64,000 bases of DNA. It comes from a bacterium. Its GTDB lineage: Bacteria > 4484-113 > JAFGCY01. The position numbers were made by a program, and so were the translations under genes. Location of the stretch: the NCBI GenBank assembly GCA_020440645.1, contig JAGRNR010000009.1, forward strand, positions 5,092-69,091. Direction: 5' to 3'. Positions 28,062-36,715 of this stretch are shown one piece after another. The notes beneath the pieces are model-generated. The model saw only the letters and a list, made by a program, of their open reading frames with translations. It was not told the DNA's origin and searched no databases. Each line of letters begins with the position of its first letter. The first letter of the stretch is position 1.

Positions 28062-29755
28062 ATCCCGGCGGAGTGGATCGAATCCAGCATTGCCGAATAG
28101 CCCGCTGACATATGCATCAGCCAGTTCGGATAGATGCCGAGGAAGATGATCGCAGCGCCGAGTGGCAACAGCACGATGGCCTCACGCAGCGGCACACGGC
28201 CCTTCGCCGACTCCGGTGCATCCCCCGGCAGCGTGCGCTGCAGCAGGCTGATCATGTACACCGCGCTCGTCAGCACGCCGATCACCGCCAGGGCCGAGAG
28301 GATCTGCAAAAGCAGGCTGCCGTCGATGCTGCCAACCAGCACCGTCTGCCAGCCCGGCCCGTTCTCGAACGCGCCCATTAAGCTGTACAGCTCGCCCCAG
28401 AAGCCGGCCAGCGCCGGGAAGCCCATGCCGGCGAAGGCCGCCAGCGAAAGCATGCCCGCCAGGAGCGGGGCCGCGCTGCCCAGCCCAGCGATCTCATGCA
28501 CGTTGCGTGTGCCGTAGCGCCGCTCGATGCTGTCCGCCAGCAGGAACAGCGTGGTGATGATCACGCCGTGGCCCACCATGTGGTAGATCGCGCCGGTCGT
28601 TGCCAGCGGGTTCATTGCGCTGCAGCCGAGGATGATGAAGCCCATGTGGCTGATCGAGCTGTAGGCGATCATGCGCTTGATGTCGGTCTGTACCAGCGTG
28701 ACAGCCGCGCCCCAGACGATGCCGATCACCGCCAGCGTGGCAACCACCGGGCCGATCGCGTAACCCTGGTCCGGCAGCGCCCAGTACAGCACGCGCAGGA
28801 ATGCGTATGTCCCGCTCTTGAGCATCACCGCCGCGAGGATCACCGACATTTCCGCCGGGGCCTGGGTATGGGCCGGCGGCAGCCAGGTGTGCAGCGGGAA
28901 CAGCGGTGCCTTGACGGCGAAGGCCACGAGGAAGCCGAGGAAGATCCACATCCTCAGCCAGGGCACGACATCCGTATAGCCCTCGTTCAGCAGGAAGGTT
29001 GCCAGGTTCGGGATCTGGAAGCTGTAAACGCCGGCGCTGATCACCTTGCAGATGATGAGCGACATCAGCATGAACACCGAGCCGGCCATGGTGTACACGA
29101 AGAAGCGGATCGCGGCGCGCGCCGCCTTCTCGCGGTCCTTGCCCCAGCCGCCGATCAGCACGTACATCGGGATCAGCATCCATTCCCAGAACAGGTAGAG
29201 CAGCACGAAGTCCAGCGCCACGAAGGAGCCGATCAGGCCGACCTGCATGAACAGGGTCAGCGCGAGGAATTCCTTCACCCGCTCCGTGCGGTACCAGCCC
29301 CAGATGATGATCAGTGGCAACAGCGCACAGGTCATCAGCACCAGTGGCAATGACAGGCCGTCGATGCCGACGTCGTAGTGCACGCTGAAGCTGCGGCTCT
29401 CGCCGATCTTGATCGCCATCCATTCGATGTCCTGGCGGTACTGGAAGCCCGGGAACTCCGCCTGGAAGGGCGTGTACTGCCCGAGCGGCTTCAGGTCCTG
29501 CACGTTCTGCGAAGTGTCCGTGTATCCGGCGTAGGGCCGCCAGCTGGTTGCACTTTCGGGCAGCCCGGTCAGCAGCAGCACCGCAAACAGCAGGCTGAGC
29601 AGCGAGAACACCAGGGCCACGATCTTGATTGGCAGGATCTTCTTCTTCGGGATCAGGCAGACCAGCAGGCAGCCGACCAGCGGGGCCAGCATCATCTGGG
29701 TGATGGGGTTGCTGATCCACGAGATGAAGCCTATGAAACTCTGCGTCTGGTCCAA
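28055..29755 (-). CDS. Complex I antiporter-like subunit, NuoM/ND4-like (Mrp-type)
   Basis: 566 aa, about 14 TM. NuoM/NuoN/MrpD-type signatures (…PLHTWLPPAHTQAPAEMSVILAAVMLKSGTYAFLRV…; …WGAAVTLVQTDIKRMIAYSSISHMGFI…). Starts 1 nt after the nuoL-like stop. Convergent 7-nt overlap with plsY. Confidence 0.8.
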   Translation of the reverse strand: MDQTQSFIGFISWISNPITQMMLAPLVGCLLVCLIPKKKILPIKIVALVFSLLSLLFAVLLLTGLPESATSWRPYAGYTDTSQNVQDLKPLGQYTPFQAEFPGFQYRQDIEWMAIKIGESRSFSVHYDVGIDGLSLPLVLMTCALLPLIIIWGWYRTERVKEFLALTLFMQVGLIGSFVALDFVLLYLFWEWMLIPMYVLIGGWGKDREKAARAAIRFFVYTMAGSVFMLMSLIICKVISAGVYSFQIPNLATFLLNEGYTDVVPWLRMWIFLGFLVAFAVKAPLFPLHTWLPPAHTQAPAEMSVILAAVMLKSGTYAFLRVLYWALPDQGYAIGPVVATLAVIGIVWGAAVTLVQTDIKRMIAYSSISHMGFIILGCSAMNPLATTGAIYHMVGHGVIITTLFLLADSIERRYGTRNVHEIAGLGSAAPLLAGMLSLAAFAGMGFPALAGFWGELYSLMGAFENGPGWQTVLVGSIDGSLLLQILSALAVIGVLTSAVYMISLLQRTLPGDAPESAKGRVPLREAIVLLPLGAAIIFLGIYPNWLMHMSAGYSAMLDSIHSAGIY

Positions 29756-31918
29756 CTACTCGTACCTCCCGAGGAAGCTCTGAATGATGCGCCGCAGTGT
29801 CTCGTTGAGCGGGAAGGAGACGACAATGCACATCAGCACGGCACCCAACAGCAGCACGAACATGTAGTTCTGGATCTGCCCGTTCTGCCAGTAGCGGCCG
29901 TGCAGCCGCTTGATGATCCACCAGATCTCGCAGCACCACCAGCGGATGCCGTCGACGAAGTGCAGGTCAAGCCAGGCACTGGCATTGGCCAGCCCACGGC
30001 CGCCGCGCCCGATGCGCGTTGACAGCCAGTCGATCAGGCGGATGTCTGAAATGCCTGCAAGAATTGCGAGGAACTCGCCGAAGCCGCCCACCAGTCCCGT
30101 GAAGAAGGGCTTCAAGTACAGCCCCTCGCGGAAGAATCCGGTCACGCCTGTCAAGAGCGGGGTCGGGCTGGCCAGCCCGCGCTCCGAGGCGGAGACGAAT
30201 CCAAGCACTGCGCCGGCCAGCACCAGCACGACCGAGAGGCCGGCGGCCAGTGGTTCGAAGTTGCCTGCCCATTGCAGGTCGTGCAGCCGGCCCTCGAAAT
30301 AGGCGCGGTAGGATGGCCAGAAGGCGGCGATGCCGATGCTGCCGATGAGCGCCAGCAGGATGGAAATCACAGTCGGTCCGGCCCAGCCATTGCCTGCGGA
30401 CGCTTGCTCCGCCAGGCCATTGGCAGCCTCCTTGCCGGGGGAAGGCATCAGCCCGCTCAGCAGGCGCGCACAGTAGGCTGCGGTAAAGGGAATCGATGCG
30501 ATCAGCAGCAGCGCTCCGGCCTGCCAGTAACCCGGCATGGCGGGCATTGTGCTTGCCAGTGCGTTGCCACCGTAGTCCTGTCCGGCGCGGGACAGCAGCG
30601 CGGAGAGGATCTGGTCCTTGCCGAAGTAGCCCGCCAGCCCGATCACACCGGCCAGGCTCAGGCCGGCCGGCAGCAGGGCCAGCCAGAACAGCTGTCCGCT
30701 GGCGGGGGACTGCCTAAGGTCGTCAAAACTCGGTTCGTCGTCATTATGTGTTGCCTGGGCCTCATGCCAGCGCGCCACCACAATGCCGACCGCAAGGAAC
30801 AGCGCGGCCTTGAACCAGGCATGTGCCAGCAGCTGGAATCGCGCGGCCTCCATCGCCAGCGCCCCGCTGCCCATCACGCACAGCCCAAGCTGGCTGACCG
30901 TGCTCCAGGCCAGCAGCTTCTTCGGCTGCTGCTGGCAACAGGCCACGATCGAGCCCATGAGCATCGTCAGGCCGCCGAGCATCACCGCCCAGGCCAGCGG
31001 GGCCACGTACCAGCCGGGGTTGCCACTGTCCGCCTGCACCGGCACGACAGTTCGCCCGAACAGCAGGTCACTGGCCAACAGCGGCCCGGCCGCCACCAGA
31101 GTTGCACTGTGCAGCAGGGCACTGACCGGGGCCGGGGCCACCATCGCATCCGGCAGCCAGAATGACAGCGGCAGGAGTGCTGCCTTGCCGAGCACGGCCA
31201 GCAGGACTAATAGTCCGGCCACGATCATCCAGTTCACGGCGGACAGCTGGTCCGGTACATGCTGTGCCACCCAGCCGATGCTGACCTGGCTGAGCTGCAC
31301 CATGTGCACACCGAAGCGGCCGAAGCCGAACATGAAGATGAAGATCGCGAACAGCAGCCCGAAGTCCGTGGCGCGCGTCGTCCAGAAGGCCTGGCGCGCT
31401 GCCCGGTTGGCCTCCGGCGTGCCCTTGTGGCGGATCAGCAGGTAGCCGGCGAGGCCCATCATTTCCCAGGCGATGTACAGCAGGATCAAAGTGTCACTGA
31501 CGAGGAACAGCAGCATTGAGCCGCAGAAGAATGTCAGCAGCGCATGGAATTGCGCGGCCTTCGGGTCAGCGCGCCGCTCGCGGATTGCATACAGCAACAC
31601 CGCCACGCCGATCAGGCAGGTTGTCAGGATGAACAGCACCTGCGTGTAGTCCGCGCGCAGGGCCAGCGGGATCGGCGGGAAGGCGCGGATCTCCGTGGTG
31701 TAGCCGCTGATCCAGTTGACCATCCATACCGCGCGGCCGGTCTCGGCATCCAGTCCCGCATTGACGGCGAGCGCCATCCCGGCACTGGCCACAAGCGACA
31801 GCACGCCGAGCAGGGCCGTGACGACGGCCGGCACACGGCGCATGAGCAGGCCCGCCCCCGCCGCCAGCAGCGGCAGAAGCGCGATCAGCGGCAGCAGTCC
31901 CTGCATCTCAGGCACCAC
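29756..31918 (-). CDS. Complex I antiporter-like subunit, NuoL/ND5-like
   Basis: 720 aa. N-terminal NuoL signatures (…LFLVSDTLILLYIAWEMMGLAGYLLIRHKGTPEANRAARQAFWTTRATDFGLLFAIF…), a long polytopic body and a C-terminal region consistent with the NuoL lateral helix plus a final TM. Confidence 0.8.
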   Translation of the reverse strand: MVPEMQGLLPLIALLPLLAAGAGLLMRRVPAVVTALLGVLSLVASAGMALAVNAGLDAETGRAVWMVNWISGYTTEIRAFPPIPLALRADYTQVLFILTTCLIGVAVLLYAIRERRADPKAAQFHALLTFFCGSMLLFLVSDTLILLYIAWEMMGLAGYLLIRHKGTPEANRAARQAFWTTRATDFGLLFAIFIFMFGFGRFGVHMVQLSQVSIGWVAQHVPDQLSAVNWMIVAGLLVLLAVLGKAALLPLSFWLPDAMVAPAPVSALLHSATLVAAGPLLASDLLFGRTVVPVQADSGNPGWYVAPLAWAVMLGGLTMLMGSIVACCQQQPKKLLAWSTVSQLGLCVMGSGALAMEAARFQLLAHAWFKAALFLAVGIVVARWHEAQATHNDDEPSFDDLRQSPASGQLFWLALLPAGLSLAGVIGLAGYFGKDQILSALLSRAGQDYGGNALASTMPAMPGYWQAGALLLIASIPFTAAYCARLLSGLMPSPGKEAANGLAEQASAGNGWAGPTVISILLALIGSIGIAAFWPSYRAYFEGRLHDLQWAGNFEPLAAGLSVVLVLAGAVLGFVSASERGLASPTPLLTGVTGFFREGLYLKPFFTGLVGGFGEFLAILAGISDIRLIDWLSTRIGRGGRGLANASAWLDLHFVDGIRWWCCEIWWIIKRLHGRYWQNGQIQNYMFVLLLGAVLMCIVVSFPLNETLRRIIQSFLGRYE

Positions 31919-31953
31919 CCACCTCCTGCTGTGTCGTCGTCATCTGCAAGTCG

Positions 31954-32439
31954 TCAATCCTTCATCAGGTTGGCATCATCAAGCATGATGCTCTTCTTCA
32001 TGCGGTAGAAGGCGATGATGATCGCCAGCCCGACCGCAGCCTCAGCCGCAGCAACGATGATCACGAATATCGAGAACACCTGGCCCATGTTCGTCATCAC
32101 GGATTCCTCCGCGGTGAACGAGGCCAGGGTGGATTTCGGTCCGTAGTAGAAGTTGAACGCGCTCATGTTGATGTTGACGGCGTTGAGCATCAGCTCCAGC
32201 GCCAGCAGCATCCCGATCGCATTGCGCCGCGCGATCACGCCGTACAGCCCGAGGCAGAAGATGAACGCGCTGAGCACGAAGTACTGGTGGTAGTCCACGT
32301 TGGTGAACCACACCATCGGCGTGTCGCCACTTGAGGCGAACCACTGGCGCGAGGCGAACTCGATCGCCTGGATGATCGGCGCCAGGCCCTCGCTCGCCAG
32401 CGAGCCACCCTCGGACTGTTGCAGCAGCAGCAGTAACAT
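31954..32439 (-). CDS. NuoK/ND4L-like subunit
   Basis: ORF 31954..32652. Homology to NuoK begins at the internal Met at 32316 (MVWFTNVDYHQYFVLSAFIFCLGLYGVIARRN… ~ E. coli [27 protein letters not shown]; …GQVFSIFVIIVAAAEAAVGLAII… ~ [23 protein letters not shown]). An in-frame Met at 32439 whose ATG overlaps the nuoJ-like TGA (ATGA) would add a 41-aa non-hydrophobic N-extension. The start is therefore either 32439 or 32316. Confidence 0.7.
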   Translation of the reverse strand: MLLLLLQQSEGGSLASEGLAPIIQAIEFASRQWFASSGDTPMVWFTNVDYHQYFVLSAFIFCLGLYGVIARRNAIGMLLALELMLNAVNINMSAFNFYYGPKSTLASFTAEESVMTNMGQVFSIFVIIVAAAEAAVGLAIIIAFYRMKKSIMLDDANLMKD

Positions 32440-33485
32440 CAGTCCTTCCTCACCAGGATGATCGCGCCGAGCATCGCCATGAGCAGGAGCACGCTGGCCA
32501 CTTCGAAGGGAAGTGTGTACGTTGCCATCAGCGACCAGCCGATGGCCTGGGTATTGCTTGTCAGTACTGCCGCACTGGGCGGGAACTCGGTGTTCTGCGG
32601 GAACTGCATGAACATCCCGACGAGCGCCATGAAGCCGAACAGCATCGTGCACAAAAGCGCGGCCCAGGGGCTCAGGTCAGTGTTCTGCCTGAGCTCGGTG
32701 CCGATGATGTTCTGGCTGACCATGATGCCGAACAGGAACAGCACCATGATGCCGCCGATGTAGATGATCACCTGCACCATCGCGAGGAACTCAGCGTTGA
32801 GCAGGATGAAGTAGCCGGCCACGCCGAACAGCGAAAGGATCAGCATCAGCGCGGAGTGGAACACGTTGCGCATCGTTACGCAACCGATGCCGCCGCCGAC
32901 CACGCCCGCCGTGAACAGCCAGAAGAAGAAGTTCAGCAGCCTGAGCGCGGGCACGCTGAGTGCCAGCATGCCCCAGAAGAAGGCGATGAAGCCAACGACT
33001 GTGAGGATTGCCAGCAGGCGCCGGTGGTCATGGAAGCGGTGCAGCGAAAGCTGCACGCAGGCGATCGTGCCGCCGACCAGCCCGAGGATCAGCATATTTG
33101 AAAGGTTGACAACCAGCGGCTGGAACAGCAGGGAGCTGATCACGAACACCGCCAGGCCAGCGCTGGCTGCCACCCGCAGCAGTCCGGCCTCCGCCGGCAG
33201 GCGGTTGAACAGCATCAGGTTCAGCAGGTAGAAGCCGGCGAGCATGCTGGCGCCCACCAGGATGCGTGCGTCCAGCTGCAAGGCCGCGGACCAGTCCAGT
33301 TTTCCACCCAGCGCTGCCAGCGGGGCGGCCAGCAGCGCCACAAGCACCGCGATCCCGGCCGTTGCCAGCAGCTGGCGGAAGATGCCGTCCAGCCGGTTGA
33401 CGAGCAGTCCGGCGGCCGCCAGCAACGCGGCCAGCAGGGCCACATTGCGCAGCAGCATAAGGGCGGCGGGCAGGCTGGTTTCCAT
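32439..33485 (-). CDS. NuoJ/ND6-like subunit with a ~165 aa N-terminal polytopic extension
   Basis: The C-terminal ~180 aa align with NuoJ (TMRNVFHSALMLILSLFGVAGYFILLNAEFLAMVQVIIYIGGIMVLFLF… ~ E. coli THTNPVHALLYLIISLLAISGVFFSLGAYFAGALEIIVYAGAIMVLFVF; C-terminal …YTLPFEVASVLLLMAMLGAIILV). Canonical NuoJ is about 170-200 aa; this protein is 348 aa with 4-5 extra N-terminal TM helices. Confidence 0.7.
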   Translation of the reverse strand: METSLPAALMLLRNVALLAALLAAAGLLVNRLDGIFRQLLATAGIAVLVALLAAPLAALGGKLDWSAALQLDARILVGASMLAGFYLLNLMLFNRLPAEAGLLRVAASAGLAVFVISSLLFQPLVVNLSNMLILGLVGGTIACVQLSLHRFHDHRRLLAILTVVGFIAFFWGMLALSVPALRLLNFFFWLFTAGVVGGGIGCVTMRNVFHSALMLILSLFGVAGYFILLNAEFLAMVQVIIYIGGIMVLFLFGIMVSQNIIGTELRQNTDLSPWAALLCTMLFGFMALVGMFMQFPQNTEFPPSAAVLTSNTQAIGWSLMATYTLPFEVASVLLLMAMLGAIILVRKD

Positions 33486-34480
33486 CAGGAACTCACCTCC
33501 CCGCGTGGCCGCCTGAGCGGCAGCACCAGCGCCTCGCGATTGGCAACCGGCATCGCCCAGCGCTCCTCGAACACGACGAGCGGGGTGCCGTCCGCGCGCT
33601 TCAGTTCGCCCAGCGCGGGATCATGGTCATAGCGTCCGAGGTCAACGAACAGCACCGTCGGCTGCCCGGGGGCCTGCGCGATTGCACCGCTGCCATCGGC
33701 GGCGATGATGCGCAGCGCTTCCTCCTCAGTCAGTGAGTCGACATTCAAGAGCGGCACGCCGCGGTAGGCCGCCGGCAGCTTCGGCCGGCTGCGCGGATAG
33801 TCCTCGGTGAAGGGCTCGCTCGAAGCCATCCGGGCGGTCTCGCGGAAGCCGGTCAGCACGGAGGTGCCGTAGCGGTGCACGCGGTTGCTGAAGAACCAGA
33901 ATTGGCTGAAGCCGGTTGCAAGGTAGCTCAGGTTGAGCACGAACACCAGGAACCAGAACAGCGCCCAGAGCATGAAGTAGCCGAGCTGGAACTTGAACAC
34001 GGGGAGGCTGCCGGTCTCGCGCCAGATGGCGAAGCCCTCGCCGCTGAGCAGAAGCGTCAGGTTCGGCGTGTCGGCAATGCCCTTCACGCTCATCTTCGGG
34101 TGGATGCGGTCCAGCGGGTCGAATTCCACGATGAAGAAGAACAGGATGATCACGAACAGCAGCAGACGCCAGAGCGTGAAGTCGCGCACCATCCAGCGGC
34201 TGTACTTCACAAGCGCGCCGGATGCCCACCAGAAGAAGCCGAGAATCGCCGGCAGGGCCAGCAGCAGGCCGCTAGCAGTGAACCACATCAGAGAGTACTG
34301 CTCGGAGGGCTGCTTGGAGGCATAGTCGTCAAACAGCGCGCCGTATTTCGTGTAGACGAACACCAACGTGAACCAGGACACGGCGATGAAGCCATAGAAC
34401 TTGAACCAGTCCATCGCGGTGTAGCCGAACCAGCGCTTCGGCAGCGGATGGTGGATTGTCAGGTCATGCCCGTCAGGCAT
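33485..34480 (-). CDS. Hypothetical polytopic membrane protein encoded inside the nuo-like operon (occupies the NuoI position)
   Basis: ORF 33485..34561. Start placed at MPDGHD… (ATG 34478-34480), which overlaps the TGA of the upstream gene (ATGCCTGA). Several TM helices (WFKFYGFIAVSWFTLVFVY; MWFTASGLLLALPAILGFFWWA; LWRLLLFVIILFFFIVEF; LGYFMLWALFWFLVFVLNLSYLA) plus a ~130 aa soluble C-terminal domain. No Cys-rich ferredoxin motifs (not NuoI). Its TGA overlaps the nuoJ-like ATG (33483-33487). Confidence 0.5.
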   Translation of the reverse strand: MPDGHDLTIHHPLPKRWFGYTAMDWFKFYGFIAVSWFTLVFVYTKYGALFDDYASKQPSEQYSLMWFTASGLLLALPAILGFFWWASGALVKYSRWMVRDFTLWRLLLFVIILFFFIVEFDPLDRIHPKMSVKGIADTPNLTLLLSGEGFAIWRETGSLPVFKFQLGYFMLWALFWFLVFVLNLSYLATGFSQFWFFSNRVHRYGTSVLTGFRETARMASSEPFTEDYPRSRPKLPAAYRGVPLLNVDSLTEEEALRIIAADGSGAIAQAPGQPTVLFVDLGRYDHDPALGELKRADGTPLVVFEERWAMPVANREALVLPLRRPRGEVSS

Positions 34481-34943
34481 GCTGCACCTCCTCCACCGTT
34501 TCCGGCTCGTTGGCAGCACTGCCGCCCGCTCCTGCTGCGGCGATGTTGCGCAGCTGGGCATGGTGCCCGGGCGCCGTCACCACGAACCAGTAGAGGAAGC
34601 CGGGCAGCAACAGCAGCACCGGCCGCAGTGTGAACTGCAGTTCGTACTGCAGCCACAGCGAATACAGGCAGCCGCAGGCCGCGAAGCTCCACAGCAGGGA
34701 AGCGATGCCGGGCCGCCGCCTGAACCAGGGGTTGATCCAGGCCGCATTGCGCGCCGGCGTCAGCGGCAGCACCGCCAGCAGCAGGCCGATTGCCAGCAGG
34801 GCCAGCGGGCCGAACCACTGCGTTGTCAGCACGGGTGCCACTCCAAGCACGATGCGCAGGTACAGGCCCCAGGCCCCGGCGGCCACGAGCAGCAGCTCTC
34901 CGAGGAGATGCAGCAGGTTCTGGCTGGTTGACAGCATCCTCAT
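34473..34943 (-). CDS. Hypothetical small membrane protein (4 TM) encoded inside the nuo-like operon
   Basis: ORF 34473..35042. Start placed at the internal Met MRMLSTSQNLLHLLGELLLVAAGAWGLYL… whose ATG (34941-34943) overlaps the TGA of the nuoH-like gene (34940-34942). About 156 aa. No family recognised. Confidence 0.5.
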   Translation of the reverse strand: MRMLSTSQNLLHLLGELLLVAAGAWGLYLRIVLGVAPVLTTQWFGPLALLAIGLLLAVLPLTPARNAAWINPWFRRRPGIASLLWSFAACGCLYSLWLQYELQFTLRPVLLLLPGFLYWFVVTAPGHHAQLRNIAAAGAGGSAANEPETVEEVQHA

Positions 34944-36715
34944 CCGGTCCAGCTCACCTCCCGGCGGGGCTGCGGATGTCGGCGCTGCACGAACAGGATG
35001 CGCCAGGCCATCAGGAGGATGAACAGGCCGAAGAACAGGCACAGCACGTTGTAGCCCCAGAAGAAGGCCTTCTCGGGGACTGTCATCACCGCCAGTGCTT
35101 CAGCTGTTGTCAGCGTCTGGTACTGGGTGACGCGCTGCAGGGCGGTCACGTCGACATCGGAGACGGCCAGCTGGTTCGCGCTGAACCAGGGATGGCGGTT
35201 GACGACGCCGAGCGCGGTGGCCGCCATCACGACCACGCTGGCCGGCAGCAGGAACTTCCAGGAGAAGAACATGATCTGGTCCACGCGGATGCGCGGCATC
35301 GTGGAGCGCGCCCATATGAAGAAGAAGCACACGGCGTAGGTCTTCAGCAGGAACCAGAACAGGCTCGTCAGCCACAATCCGTCGGGGCCGAGGAACATCG
35401 GGCCCTTCCAGCCGCCGAAGAAGCAGACGGTCATGATCGCGCTGACGATGAACACGTTGGAGTACTCGGCGACATAGAACAGCGCGAAGCGCATCCCGCT
35501 GTACTCCACCAGGTAGCCGCCCAAGAGCTCGTTCTGCGCTTCCGGCAGGTCAAAGGGCGGGCGGTTGGTCTCGGCAAGGCTGACAACGAGGTAGATGATG
35601 AAGGCCGGGAACAGCGGCAGGATGCCCCAGGTCATCGTCTGGCGCTGCACGATCTCCGTCAGGTTCAGCGAACCGGCAAAGATGGCAACGCACAGCAGGC
35701 TCATCAGCATCGGGATTTCGTAGGTCAGCAGCATCGCGGCCTCGCGCATCGCGCCGACCAGTGCATATTTGTTGTTGGAGGCGTAGCCGGACATGATCAC
35801 GGCCACGAGGAACATCGCAAAGTCGGCGATGATCAGGAGCAGGCCGACATTCAGGTCCTGGATCATGTAGTAGATGATCTGCCCGTCGACAGCCGCCACG
35901 CCGAACGGGATCACCACCCAGCTCAGGAGCGCCGGCAGGTAGACGAGGATCGGCGCGATCAGGTACAGCAGCTTGTCAGCGCTGAGCGGAACGGTGTCTT
36001 CCTTGAAGAAGATCTTGATCGTGTCGTAGAAGCCCTGGCGCCAGTAGTAGCGCAGCATGTAGCTCATGTAGAGCACGAAGGCGACCACGGTGCACAGCAC
36101 GGTGAGCTGCGGCAAAAACGGGATGTGCGCCTTCGGGATGAAGCCCAGCAGGAGAGCGACGAGCATGCCACCGCAGGACGCGAGGGATGGCCAGGCCAGC
36201 AGTGACAGCAGCGTTGCCAGGAAGCGCCAGACGGAGGTCTGCGCGGCCTGCATCCGGCCGAGCGCTGGCAGGATCATCAAGCGGTTGATCAGCCCCATCA
36301 TGCCCACGGCGAAGAACAGGATGATCCAGCCGCCGAACTGTTGCCAGCCGGCGGTGCCGCCGGTCCAGTAGTTGATGCCGTACAGCAGCGCGGGCAGGCC
36401 GATCAGCACGCCGATCTGCAGGAAGATCCGCCGGAAGCGCTGCGGGGTGACCTCGCCGTACTCCTGCGGGCCGCGGCGGCCCTGCATGCGCGCCATCAGG
36501 CGGCGTTCCCAGACCTGCAGGCCGATGGTGATCATCAGCTCCAGGAGGAAGATCAGCAGGAGCGCCGTCACCAACATGATGCCGTTGGCAACCTCCGGGC
36601 TGAAGCGCAGGCCGGGCAGCGGCTCGGTGTTGAGCCAGGCGCGCATCGCCTCCCAGACGGTGCGGGCCTCGTCCATGTCGTAGCGCTGCTGCAGGATTGC
36701 CAGCATCGGGAGCAT
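34940..36715 (-). CDS. NuoH/ND1-like subunit with a ~150 aa polytopic insertion and a ~80 aa C-terminal extension
   Basis: ORF 34940..36793. Start placed at MLPMLAILQQ… whose ATG overlaps the nuoD-like TGA at 36715. NuoH motifs are present (…VWERRLMARMQGRRGP…; …DTIKIFFKEDTVP…; …ASNNKYALVGAMREAAMLLTYEI…; …RPPFDLPEAQNELLGGYLVEYSGMRFALFYVAEY…; …RIRVDQIMFFSWKFLLP…). About 150 residues with about 4 TM lie between the RRGP and IKIFFKED motifs, where E. coli NuoH has about 15 residues. Confidence 0.75.
   Translation of the reverse strand: MLPMLAILQQRYDMDEARTVWEAMRAWLNTEPLPGLRFSPEVANGIMLVTALLLIFLLELMITIGLQVWERRLMARMQGRRGPQEYGEVTPQRFRRIFLQIGVLIGLPALLYGINYWTGGTAGWQQFGGWIILFFAVGMMGLINRLMILPALGRMQAAQTSVWRFLATLLSLLAWPSLASCGGMLVALLLGFIPKAHIPFLPQLTVLCTVVAFVLYMSYMLRYYWRQGFYDTIKIFFKEDTVPLSADKLLYLIAPILVYLPALLSWVVIPFGVAAVDGQIIYYMIQDLNVGLLLIIADFAMFLVAVIMSGYASNNKYALVGAMREAAMLLTYEIPMLMSLLCVAIFAGSLNLTEIVQRQTMTWGILPLFPAFIIYLVVSLAETNRPPFDLPEAQNELLGGYLVEYSGMRFALFYVAEYSNVFIVSAIMTVCFFGGWKGPMFLGPDGLWLTSLFWFLLKTYAVCFFFIWARSTMPRIRVDQIMFFSWKFLLPASVVVMAATALGVVNRHPWFSANQLAVSDVDVTALQRVTQYQTLTTAEALAVMTVPEKAFFWGYNVLCLFFGLFILLMAWRILFVQRRHPQPRREVSWTG

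Noticed and set aside
28494-31165. ORFs 28494..29939 (-), 28496..29353 (+), 30272..31165 (+), 29378..30022 (+)
   Set aside because: Other frames/strands of the nuoM- and nuoL-like genes. The translations are Arg/Pro/Gly/His-rich junk.
31918-31953. Possible missing nuoN between nuoM-like and plsY
   Set aside because: The nuoM-like gene is immediately followed (convergently, 7-nt overlap) by plsY on the other strand. There is no room for another antiporter-like subunit, so NuoN is absent here rather than unannotated.
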